Assembly: GCF_001194135.2 (NCBI RefSeq) | Contig: NC_068982.1 | Coordinates: 159,598,369-159,639,344 of the forward strand | Direction: 5' to 3' | DNA from: Octopus bimaculoides | Taxonomy: Eukaryota | Length of the DNA stretch: 40,976 nt | In this document: positions 25,680 to 36,660 of the stretch, one piece after another | How positions within the stretch are numbered: position 1 is the stretch's first letter | Layout: every line of letters begins with the position of its first letter | Notes under the pieces: generated by a model | What the model was told of the DNA's origin: nothing | Seen by the model: only the letters and a program-made list of their open reading frames with translations | Database searches by the model: none | Program-made: the position numbers and the translations under genes

Positions 25680-26380
25680 GAGAAAATTTCAACACCACCA
25701 GCAGATGGATCTGTTCCTTTCAGTGTAATCTCCTCCTCCTCCTCTTCAATAACAGTCACCGGAAGATAGAATGCTTGTCCGAAATCTCGCTATTTATCTA
25801 CAAAAGCCTGCGCGTTATAATTTCTGAAGATGAGGGCAACAGACGACGGCGTTAAGAAGAATACCCCCAACTGAATTTGGACGTGCAAATTAATGTTATT
25901 TACACTAGTTGCACCCAGCTGTAATGTCAAATTCAGAAAGAAACCGAAAGCTTTTGACGAAAATTTTGGTTAGGAATCCGTTGGCCGACTGCTTCTAAAA
26001 GCGAAATTTGTTCCAAAATCATTTGACAAGAATCCCATCCGTCAGAGATGGCGAAATTCCTCTTCCGCAAAAATCTGAGATTTTTGATATTCAAACTTTA
26101 AATGAAATGAGTTCGCAACATGATTACCCCAGCATTTGGCGTGTCAGACAACCGATCGAGGTTACGTTTGATGTGAAAATTAATATTCTTTACAATAACT
26201 GCTTCCGTCGATAATAATATATGAATATGCGCAGATGACTTCAAACTGTACCCCGAGATAAAAAGAACAGATCCTATGCCTTAAAGACCTTTCTTGCACT
26301 CAAACCAGGACTGTGAAGAAGTGTGTCATATTTTTCAAGTTGTCATCTCAATAGTGTTTGTTTTGGCCTGCTGTAAATAC
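25680..26380 (+). mobile_element. Highly decayed CR1/L2-like reverse transcriptase relic
   Basis: Colinear remnants KPKAFD (~25942) and ADDFKLYPEIK (~26231), followed by a DL..-like and an FKL...C-like stretch. Many stops and frameshifts. Confidence 0.5.
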
Positions 26381-26599
26381 GAGCAGTGAGCGGTTACAGA
26401 ACGACATAAAATGTCATCACCATTTCACGTTAGTATACACATGTATAGAAATATACTTTCAGTTACAATATGTGTATAAGTATATTCTATAGATACATAC
26501 ACATGCACACGCACACACACACGCATCTCTCTGTCTTTATACATAAATACATGTGTACATATAGATGTATATACGTGTGTACGTATGTATACTTATATT

Positions 26600-27003
26600 C
26601 TTTTATTTATCTCAGTTATTTGGCTGCAGCCATGCTGGAGCACAACCTTTACTCGAATCAATCGACCCCGGGCATTGTTCTTTCTAAGCCTAGTACTTAT
26701 TCTATCGGGTTATTTTAGAGAACCGCTAAGTTACGGGGACGTAGACACATCAACAACGGTTGTTAAGCGATCATGGGAGGACAAATGCAGACACACAATC
26801 CCCCACACACATTCACACGCACGCACACATACACACACACAAACACACACGCATGTACACGACAGGATTCTCTCAGTGTATGTCTATCAAATCCATTGAG
26901 AGAGCTTTGGTCAGCTCGGGGCTATGGTAGAAGACACTTGCCCAAAGTGCAACGCTGTTGGACTGAACCCGGAAGCAAGCTTCTTACCGAATAGACACGC
27001 CTA
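26600..27003 (-). mobile_element. Near full-length tRNA-derived SINE with an internal CA-rich microsatellite
   Basis: Minus-strand head TAGGCGTG...GGTAAGAAGCTTGCTTCCGGGTTCAGTCC, followed by CTTTGGGCAAGTGTCTTCTAC (CORE-like) and an internal CA tract at ~26785-26860. Homologous to 21820-22050. Confidence 0.85.
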
Positions 27004-27071
27004 TGCATGGAGGTGTATGTATATACAGTTATGTATGCATTTGCATATACACGCAACTAGATGCGTGGGTG

Positions 27072-27108
<37 letters not shown>

Positions 27109-27968
27109 NNNNNNNNNNNNNNNNNNNNNNNNNNNNNNNNNNNNNNNNNNNNNNNNNNNNNNNNNNNNNNNNNNNNNNNNNNNNNNNNNNNNNNNNNNNN
27201 NNNNNNNNNNNNNNNNNNNNNNNNNNNNNNNNNNNNNNNNNNNNNNNNNNNNNNNNNNNNNNNNNNNNNNNNNNNNNNNNNNNNNNNNNNNNNNNNNNNN
27301 NNNNNNNNNNNNNNNNNNNNNNNNNNNNNNNNNNNNNNNNNNNNNNNNNNNNNNNNNNNNNNNNNNNNNNNNNNNNNNNNNNNNNNNNNNNNNNNNNNNN
27401 NNNNNNNNNNNNNNNNNNNNNNNNNNNNNNNNNNNNNNNNNNNNNNNNNNNNNNNNNNNNNNNNNNNNNNNNNNNNNNNNNNNNNNNNNNNNNNNNNNNN
27501 NNNNNNNNNNNNNNNNNNNNNNNNNNNNNNNNNNNNNNNNNNNNNNNNNNNNNNNNNNNNNNNNNNNNNNNNNNNNNNNNNNNNNNNNNNNNNNNNNNNN
27601 NNNNNNNNNNNNNNNNNNNNNNNNNNNNNNNNNNNNNNNNNNNNNNNNNNNNNNNNNNNNNNNNNNNNNNNNNNNNNNNNNNNNNNNNNNNNNNNNNNNN
27701 NNNNNNNNNNNNNNNNNNNNNNNNNNNNNNNNNNNNNNNNNNNNNNNNNNNNNNNNNNNNNNNNNNNNNNNNNNNNNNNNNNNNNNNNNNNNNNNNNNNN
27801 NNNNNNNNNNNNNNNNNNNNNNNNNNNNNNNNNNNNNNNNNNNNNNNNNNNNNNNNNNNNNNNNNNNNNNNNNNNNNNNNNNNNNNNNNNNNNNNNNNNN
27901 NNNNNNNNNNNNNNNNNNNNNNNNNNNNNNNNNNNNNNNNNNNNNNNNNNNNNNNNNNNNNNNNNNNN

Positions 27969-28007
<39 letters not shown>

Positions 28008-28700
28008 TAACCTAATTAACCATATATATATATGTGTGGGTGTGCGTGTGTGTGTATGTATACACACATATATCATACTTTTCTTCCCCGTTACTCAAAT
28101 TGTATATATGATTTTGTATGTAAGTATATACATATGTGCGTACGCACACCTACCACACTCTTGTACAACTATAACATAACGCATTAATGCGATTAAACAA
28201 TAATAATATGATCAAGTAAACTTTAGAACGACAGATAATTTATCATTCTAGAATAATAGACAAGAAATCTTGGTAATTATTGCTACCGTTGTTTAGTTGT
28301 TTCATTACAGACTGTAAGAGTAGTTTCATTGCAAATAGGTGTGTGTTTGGCCATTACTGAGATGTCGTTTTATTTAGATATTGTGTCGCGTTACAAATAG
28401 TACGCATCTGTTATTTTAAAGATCTCTGCGTACTTGCTACTTTGTCAGCATTACTAGCCTTGTGAATGGAAGTATCACGTAGCTGCCCCAATGCACCATT
28501 AAAACTACTACGCTAGGTTATTGCAACAATGCCATAAATCCTGTCTGAGTCAGAGTTACAACTGAGTTACAATGACTCCTGAATTGTTTCATTACAATCA
28601 ATGTATAAATAAAAATACAGAGATATTTCATTGACAATCCAGTAATTTATTTATATTACAATATTGCATTAAATACTATAAATATAATATATATTCTTCT

Positions 28701-30677
28701 TAGGCCTCCGTCGGTCATGGATCACCATGGATGATGTCATCCGTCCGTTGAGTTGTTTATTTAGTTTTTGCAACGACTCCAGTGGCTGTAGAGACCGATG
28801 CGAGAGTGGTAGTCTCGTTTGCAGAGGCTCGGTTTTCAGCTGCCGCCACCTTCAAATTCCCTTCGCCGGTCTGCAGTTGTTTGTGAAGAGTGCCTCTCCA
28901 GCTGATTTGATCGGCTGAGAGATCCTCCCAAGAATTGCTGTTGATGCCAAGTGCCTTAATGCCCATCTCGCACACGTCCCTGTACCTCAGCTTCGGGCGG
29001 CCAATGTTTCTCCACCCTGCGACAAGCGCTCCGAAAAAGACATCCTTTGGGATCCGACCATCTCCCATACGGCGAACGTGGCCAAGCCAGCGCAGCCGAC
29101 GTTGTCTTTGCAAGGTGAGTATGGTGGGGAGGCGAGCACCAGACAGAACGTCAGTATTGGTTACTTTGTCTTGCCAGGAAATGCCGAGTATGCGTCGGAG
29201 GCTTCTGAGGTGGAAGGTGTGAGCAGTTTGTCCTGGCGGGCGTACGCGATCCATGTCTCCCTGCCGTATAGCAGAGTGCCTAGGCCGCAAGCACTGTGCA
29301 CAGCCATTTTCGTTTTCACTGTTAGCTTGGCGTGAGGCGAGCGAATGTTGTGGCTACCTTTCCTATCCTCTTGTCTATCTAAGCATCTAGGGAGAGGTTG
29401 TCGGTGATAGTGGAACCAAAGTACATGAACTGGTGGACGACCTCGAGCTCATAGTTGTCGATGGTGTTGACAGGTGGTGCCGGCGCGTCTTGACCCATAA
29501 CGTAGCTGCAGTTCCCTCTAAATGTGAGTCGCAACTGCAGTGTCATAAGCGAACAGCGTGTTTCTAGTGAGGACTTCACGGAAGTTGTCCTCGCTCTTAG
29601 GCGGGCAAGATTGAACAGCCTACCATCCGATCTGGTCCGTAAGTATATTCCCTCTTGTACTGTGCCAAATGCATGCCTCAGGAGGTGTGAGAAGATCCCG
29701 AAAAGGGTTGGGGCGAGTACGCAACCTTGTTTCACCCCCGCTGCGTATGTCGAAGGGCTCGGAGAGGTTGCCGTTAAAGTGTGCAGTCCCTTTCATGTTG
29801 GAGTGGAAATACTCGATTAAGCTGTGCAGTTTTAGAGGACAGGTGATCTTTCGGAGAGCTTTGAAAAGACCGTCTCCGCTGACAAGATCAAAGGCCTTGG
29901 TGAGATAAATGAATGCGACGTAGAGGGGCATCTGCTGCTCTCCATGTCTACCGTGTATCTTGCAGCTTGGAAGTCGCACTGTGATTCTGGGTATATACGT
30001 TCAGCCAGCTTCTGCAAACGGATCAACAGTACTCCAGCGTATACTTTACCAACTACGTTAAGGCGGGATATACCTCTGTAGTTGTTGCAGTCACTTCTTT
30101 CGCTCTTGTTCTTGTAAAGAGTGCTCCACCCATCTCTCCATCTGCCTGCTTTGGTCGGTAATGATTTCCCCAGTGGTGGATTTGAGGGCGGCGTTCTTGC
30201 TTTGTGTTGGTCCCAGTGCCTTCTTGATGCCGTCATACATGACTCTGATGTTGCTTGTTGCAGCGGCCGTCTGAATACTCTCGCTGAGCTCTGTCCAGTA
30301 CTCGTTGATGCAGTGCCTGGCGATGTTCTGAACCTTGCTTCTAGCGGCCCTGAGAATATGCAGGTTTTTCTCAGTAGGTGACCGCTAGTATTCTGCGAGT
30401 GCGGCGCGCTTAGCCTCCATGACGGGGTTCATCGCGGACGACTTGGCGTCAAACCAGTCGTGTGGCTTCGAGGTTTTCTTCCCAAACGTTTCCAGGGTGG
30501 TGCGGTGGATGGTGTCTGACAGAGTTTCCCTCTTCTCTGTGGTGGTATCTCCGACCTACGATGCCTTGTATACATGTACAAAGGCCTCTGCGAACTGTTC
30601 CACAAGATCGAGATGAGTCATCTTGCTAACTTCAATGCGCGAGGCTCCCGGCTTCTGGTTGCAGCCTGATCTTGCAG
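28701..30677 (-). mobile_element. RTE-clade (BovB-like) LINE: post-endonuclease linker, RT and C-terminus to the 3' end, pseudogenised
   Basis: Starts at CKIRLQP (30677). Contains NYRGISRLNVVGKV, IYLTKAFDLVS, KQGCVLAPTLFGIF, LFAYD (YADD equivalent), RRLRWLGHVRRMGDGRIPKD and the LCKRDYHSRIGLYSH finger remnant. Ends CCGACGGAGGCCT followed by a short (AAG) tail. Confidence 0.95.
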
Positions 30678-32092
30678 GTTCCGAAGGTTGTCACAGCCGG
30701 GGTGGTAGTAGGGATAAGCGCCCACTATCTACAAAAAGGGCCCGCATGGCTTGCGTCTCAAAAAGCCTCTGACAACCAAAGTCCAACTCCCGGCCTGCTC
30801 GTGACGGAACAGCGTTTACAGACAGGAGTAGGAGCAAAGGCGTGTCTCTTGCGCCTTAAAACCAAATGCTTCGGGTAGTTGGTGCTCGTCAGCCTAGGAA
30901 GGCTGCCCATCTAGGAGAAGGAAAACTCTAATTTCAAACCTCCGCCGCTCCCTTGTGGCAATATCCACTCATGGAAAAGGCTTCAGGAGTAAACCTGGAT
31001 GAAAAATCTGGAGTCGGAGTCCCTAAGGCGGCTCGATGCTGATCTCAACCTCGTCTGGCAGTTCTTCCGACCGTGTTGACGCCAAACTGTAGTAGCCCTG
31101 CTGTTTGTTTGGATCCATCAACGAGGTGGAGAGGGGGTAACAGGCTGTTCTCTATATCACACTGGCCAGGCTTACATCCGTCCACACCATCCTATACACA
31201 TACAACTGTACCTGGAGAGGACACTCCAGCTTCCCCATTGATATGTTGTCGACACAACACGGGGAGCAACAGATACCGGTTATAAGCCTTCACTCAATTG
31301 GTGTAATATGCAGCGCTAGTGGTTGCTTGAGTAACACTGGACAACTACCTCCCGTCCCAAGCTGGGCGGCCCCCAGCCAGTAAGGTGTTGTCCCGTCACA
31401 GTCTGCCATCTTCATTGGGTGCATGGGGATTAGGAAAACATCCGACAACCAGACCGTTAGTCACAGCACCAGTTAACAACAAAATAAAACATTAATGAAA
31501 GAGACCAGCTCTAAAACTGGGGTGTTGGAATGTCTGGTCAATGATGCCCACTTTTTCCCAAGATCTTCAGGATGTCCGTGACGCCAGGAAAACAGCTGTC
31601 ATCAACGACGAGCTCAAAAGACTGAATATCGGCATTGCAAGAAACATATCTAAGTCGTGCAGGCACACTGAAAGAGAAGGACTACACATTCTTCTGGCAA
31701 GGGAAGAACATTGACGATCCCAGAGAGCATGAACTGGGCTTTGCAGTAAGGACCAGCTGGCTGAATATGATAGACCCAAACAGCGGCGGCTCTGAGCGAC
31801 TCCTAACACTCCACCTTAACAACTCGTCAGTGTGTACGCTCCAACGCTGTCCGCCACTTCGGACACCAAGGATGAGTTCTACAAGAACCTTGCATCTACC
31901 ATCAGGAATATGCCAAGTGCCGAACAGCTTGTTCTCCTGGGCTACTTAAATGCCAGAGTGGGTGCAGACTACGAGTTGTGGCCCTCTTACCTCGTTTCGT
32001 TTGGAGTGGGAAAACTCAATGAGAATGGTCAGCGACTGCTCGTGTGTTGTGCCCTTCACAACCTGTGCATCACCAACTTCTTCTTCAAAACG
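30678..32092 (+). mobile_element. Inverted 5' UTR and AP-endonuclease segment of the same RTE element
   Basis: About 800 nt of GC-rich UTR-like sequence, then from 31499 KRPALKLGCWNV, TLKEKDYTFFWQGK, GFAV, YAPTL, KDEFY, LLGYLNARVG and NENGQRLL...LCITNFFFKT. This APE domain is on the opposite strand to the RT. Confidence 0.9.
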
Positions 32093-32245
32093 CCCAATCT
32101 ATGCACCTGTCTATGCACCTGTCTTCACATGTGTGCCATTTTCCACGCGAATCCACCCAATCTATGCACCTGTCTTCACATGTGTGCCATTTTGCACGCG
32201 AATCCACCCAGCCATTTGGCTGTGAACCTCAAGACAAGTAAGAAT
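32093..32245. repeat. 51-bp tandem duplication with a nested 12-bp duplication at the inversion edge
   Basis: The unit CCCAATCTATGCACCTGTCTTCACATGTGTGCCATTTT(G/C)CACGCGAATCCA occurs at 32156-32206 and at 32093-32155, where it carries an extra CTATGCACCTGT. Confidence 0.9.
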
Positions 32246-32282
32246 ACAACGATCGCCCATGTCCAATTTATATTATAGATAA

Positions 32283-33525
32283 GATAGGTCGGCAATTTGA
32301 CAACTGCTCATTTTGCGCTGTCTTCATATTTTGACAATCTTTATCTTTTGTTAGAAAGCTGACACAGCTATTTCTTTGTTCTAACACATTTTGCGCTTTA
32401 TAAAGTATTTATAAATCGTTGTTTGCTATTTTTGTTTAGAGATGGATAAGTCGGAAATTTGTACAGTTTTGAAATATGACTTCTTTCCTGGAAATACAGC
32501 ATCACAGACTGCTCGGAATATCAATGGATTATTTCATTCTCATGTTATTACGCAGCAGACAGTAGCAAATTGCAAAATTGTGTTCTAGTAAATTTGACTT
32601 CACAAATGAGCAACGCGGTCGACCAGAAACAAAGCTGAGTAATGAGGAACTGAAAGCCATCGTCGTGTCAGATCCATCTCAAAGTGCCCGTGAATTATCG
32701 TTGTTGTTTGGTGTTAGCAAGCAAACAATATTGACTCACCTAGTTCAAATTGCTAAAGTGAAAAAGTTAGATACGGGGATTCCACATGACCTCAATGAAA
32801 ATCAGAAACAGCAATTTTTAGAAGCCTGCATTATGCTACTTTCTCGTTACAAAAATGAACTATTCTTGAATCGAATTGTAACATGTGATGAGAAATGGAT
32901 CCAATACAACAATTGTAGACATTCATCACAATGGCAGGACAAAGACGAGCCGAAATAACACAGTCTAAATAGCAAAATTCATCAAAGGAAGGTAATGGAG
33001 TGTGTCTGGTTGTCTGGCGCAAGTGTGATCCATTATGATTTCAGTAAACCTGGTTCACTAATCATGTCCGAAGTATACTTCAGCCAACTGGACCAAATGA
33101 TGCAGAAACTTACAAAAAAGAAAAAAAAAAGCCTAGATTAGTCAGCAGATCCACTCTTATTTTATTGCAAGACAACGCTAGACCAACCATCGCAAAAATG
33201 ACATTGGCGAAACTACATGAGATGGAGTTGGAAGTTCTCCATCATCTACTATACTTTCCTGATCTTGTCCCCACTGACTTCCACTTCTTCCAGAATCTGG
33301 ATAAAATTTTGATAGGAAAAAAATTAATTTCGATGATGTAAAACAGGCCATCCAAGATTTCATTGACTCTAGATTGCCAGGCTTTTACAGTTCCGGGCTG
33401 GACAAGCTACCGCTAAGTGTATTGACAATATGGGTGCATAGCTTAATGAATAAAACCATTCCTTGATTTTTAAAACATTAGCAAACTTTTTCTTTTCTAC
33501 AAATTTCATACTTGACGACCTCATA
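32283..33525 (+). mobile_element. Near full-length mariner (D,D34D) DNA transposon with an inactivated transposase (ORF 32442-33453)
   Basis: MDKSEI...RGRP (HTH region), RIVTCDEKWIQYNN, LQDNARP and YFPDLVPTDFHFF, with exactly 34 residues between the second and third Asp. It has a frameshift near 32575, a stop at 32956-32958 and an A-run near 33113-33130. Degenerate TIRs: AGGTCGGCAATTTGA (32286) versus the reverse complement of TCATACTTGACGACCT (33506-33521). Confidence 0.92.
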
Positions 33526-33992
33526 TGTATATNNNNNNNNNNNNNNNNNNNNNNNNNNNNNNNNNNNNNNNNNNTATATATATATATATATATATTGAAA
33601 GGCACAAAAATTACATACGTCGAAGGACTTCAAAGGGTAGCGTAATCCAAAGGTATGGTAATCTGGCGCAGGCAAATCATCGTTTGAAAAATGTAGAAGA
33701 TCTATGTGAGCGTGTGAAAATCGGCAAATCGAAAATTAATACACCAAATAACAAAACAGCAAAAGTCAAAATGGCGGACACATGGAATGTATTAACTTGA
33801 CACTCAGTATAAGATGAAAGAAAAGAGTTGATGTATAATGTTTCCAGCATGGCTTTCCGTCGGAAAGGGAAGGTCTGGAGAGGAGAGGGAAAATATTTCC
33901 AAGAAAAGCGTGTGTGTGGTTACATGTCTGAAGTTACGTGAATTGGAAAGCGATAGAACAAGTCTTTTTTAAGACAGGAGGGTGCGAAAATG

Positions 33993-34320
33993 ACTAGTGT
34001 ATGTTTATGTGTGTGCTTCTTGTGTGTATGTATGTGTGTGTTTGTTTGTGTGTGTTTACGTGTGTGTGTACGTCAATGTGAGGTGACACGTGTGTGAGAA
34101 GTGAGGTGACACGTGTGTGTGTATCTGTTGGTGTTTCTGTACGTATACGTTTGTGCGTGAAAAAGGCGTGTGTATGTAACTGCGTATGAGTGTGTGCGTG
34201 CAAGGTCATGTGTATGAGTGTGTGTAAGAGTGTGTATATCTATGTGTTCTTGTGTGTATGTGTATGTGCACACGTATGTATGTCTGCGTCTGCATGCGCG
34301 CGCGTGTGTGTGTGTGATGG
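33993..34320. repeat. Degenerate (GT)-rich low-complexity tract containing a short direct repeat (GTGAGGTGACACGTGTGTG twice)
   Basis: Directly visible. Confidence 0.8.
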
Positions 34321-35560
34321 GTGTCTTTGTATCTTAATGCAGTAGAGGTTGTTGATTTTATTCTGGTTATTTTAAATGCATTTCGAACGACCGATGTAAT
34401 TTCGCGTTTATGCGTTTAAGTTTATGCGTTTACGTGTGTGCGTGTGTTTGCGTGAGCATATGTGTGCACTTGCGTGCGCTTGTGAATTTGTAACACAGCT
34501 TAAATGACATTTCGAGAAACGTTAAGAAGTCAAGTTTCTCTATTTATTCGAAATACAAGTAGATATTATGGCATTATGAATGATCTTGAAGAAGTAGCTT
34601 TTACTTTTCTTATAGAAACTGGTGAATAATGTAAAATGTACAAAGTGTAGGTGTCTTTTCTTGTATGATAATGAAAATGTGATGATTATGACTACTGTCA
34701 GGATTTCTGAAATTTAACACCGGTAAACACTCGCGGAATCTTCGTCCATCGGAATACTTTCCTTCTTTCACCAAGAAAACGAGTTAAATATATCCTTCAT
34801 AAAACGCACCGATACACTGAAGATTCAAATTTTAAAATGTGTAATGTTGTCAAAGACGTTCTTCAGCTTGATTTACTACGCAGTCTTTCTGCCGTGTTTG
34901 AGACATGATTGGATTTAAAGAATTTTTAGACGGATTTCAAATTTGTTGGTCTCTCTACTGACGAGTCAGTGTGGCTATTTTCCAATTAGTTAATGCTTGT
35001 AGGGATTGGAAATAATTCAGCTAGAACAACTTAATGTAATAATTGAAGAGATATTACAAGTGGTCATCGTTTAAAATCAGTTGAATATTGACGACGTAAC
35101 GCCCTTGCAAGTTTTGCTAGCTCAGCAATACACATGATTACACATTTCCAGAGAAAATAATTTTTTAGGCCACCGTTTGTCAGCCATAAAATATAATAGC
35201 TATTACAGCTATAAAACTATCCATCAACACATTAAAACTATCTTTTTTTTATTAGTGTGTGAGTTGATTATCTGACACACACGACTAGCCATATTTTTCT
35301 CGTTAGTGAAATGAACGAAAAGCGCTATATATTTTTATTTATTCTAATATTCTTTCCTTAATTTGTTTTTTTATTTTCTGCCCGCATGTATGTACAGCAA
35401 ATTCGATGGATCCATACGAATCATTTACGGTAAAATTTAACATGGTTTTCAATTAAATCGTTGTTAAATATGCAGGAAGATGTAGTATACATAAGAATAT
35501 AAATTTATGTTTAGATTAATAGTTTCAAGATAATGATGTTCAGTTTATCAACAGTGTAAG

Positions 35561-35600
35561 CAACAGCAACAGGAGCAGAAGCAGCAGCAACAGCAGAAGC

Positions 35601-35650
<50 letters not shown>
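35561..35650. repeat. Compound trinucleotide repeat: (CAG/CAA/GAA)-like, switching to perfect (AGT)n
   Basis: Directly visible; (AGT)n runs from 35601 to 35648. Confidence 0.95.
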
Positions 35651-35653
<3 letters not shown>

Positions 35654-36379
35654 GGAAATTCATTTGAACTTTAAATCATTATCAAAATATTAGGAGGATA
35701 GTCTACTTTATGTTTTGTTTTTCGGCTTCTTATCAAAATAAACAATGTTATCTCTTGTATAGCTATTTTGACCGAATCACATCTGAATTCCATCTCTTCA
35801 AGAAAAATTGCCATTGCACATTTCCCTTACTTTGGATTTCACGGGCAAGAGAGAATTCGATTTCCATGATGTCTTGGGTTTCAACTCTGACTTCGTTGCA
35901 GATGTTTATATAGTCAAGGTTTTGTGGAATATCCCAAAGTTAGGTACTTCTACTTTCAACATTCCATTTCAGATGCGTTTGGTCTTGTGGGAAGTGTCAA
36001 ATGAAATCAATAATTTATACTAACACATGAACAATACATTTGATTACTTTATTCTTGTCTAGATTGTCGTTGTATTATGGGGGAAATAAGCGAATTAAGA
36101 CAAGATGCGGCGCAAAAGATTTTATAATTCCAGTCTGTGAAATCTTATTTTGTCTTCAAGATTCTCAACCGAGAGCCTATAAGTCTGTTAAGTAAATCCT
36201 ATCTATTAGGATAAAAGTCAAATGGATATTGTTTGAAATATTCTAAAAGGTGTTATGGCATTTGTATGAATATAGAAGTACCGTTTTCTAACAAATTGAG
36301 ATATTTTATACGCAGAGAAATTGACATTGACTAGCACAACTGTGGAGGCATGTGCTAATGCAGTGCACTGCTGCATTCA

Positions 36380-36660
36380 CCATTTGTCGTTATATTCCCA
36401 GAGTATCCTATGCCTGAGCATTCTGTCTACCAAATCCTAATCAGTCTCTATCTCCACGAGATACCTCCTCATTTGATCACTGCTGTAATATTTCTCTTGA
36501 ATACCATCCAACTTGCCAGCCCGTCAATGTGTCCATTGTCATATATTTATTTATTTTACACTTTTCTAAAACGTAGTATTGAAAAATGTCTTCTCTATGG
36601 TTGCTACTGCGATTAGGAATTTCAATCTCTTTTTTTACCTCATAACCCACGTCATTGTAT
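36380..36660 (-). mobile_element. Possible very old RTE-like LINE C-terminal relic
   Basis: Minus-strand remnants GHIDGLASWM and IK*..SWR resemble RTE C-termini. Weak. Confidence 0.3.

Noticed and set aside
28680-32290. Target-site duplication around the large RTE
   Set aside because: I found no direct repeat on both flanks, only short AT-rich inverted similarities expected by chance.
35740-35990. Minus-strand open stretch (DIPQNLDYINICNEVRVETQ...) with a GTAAGG donor-like site
   Set aside because: No acceptor gives a stop-free frame from the nearest polypyrimidine-AG, and I recognise no domain.
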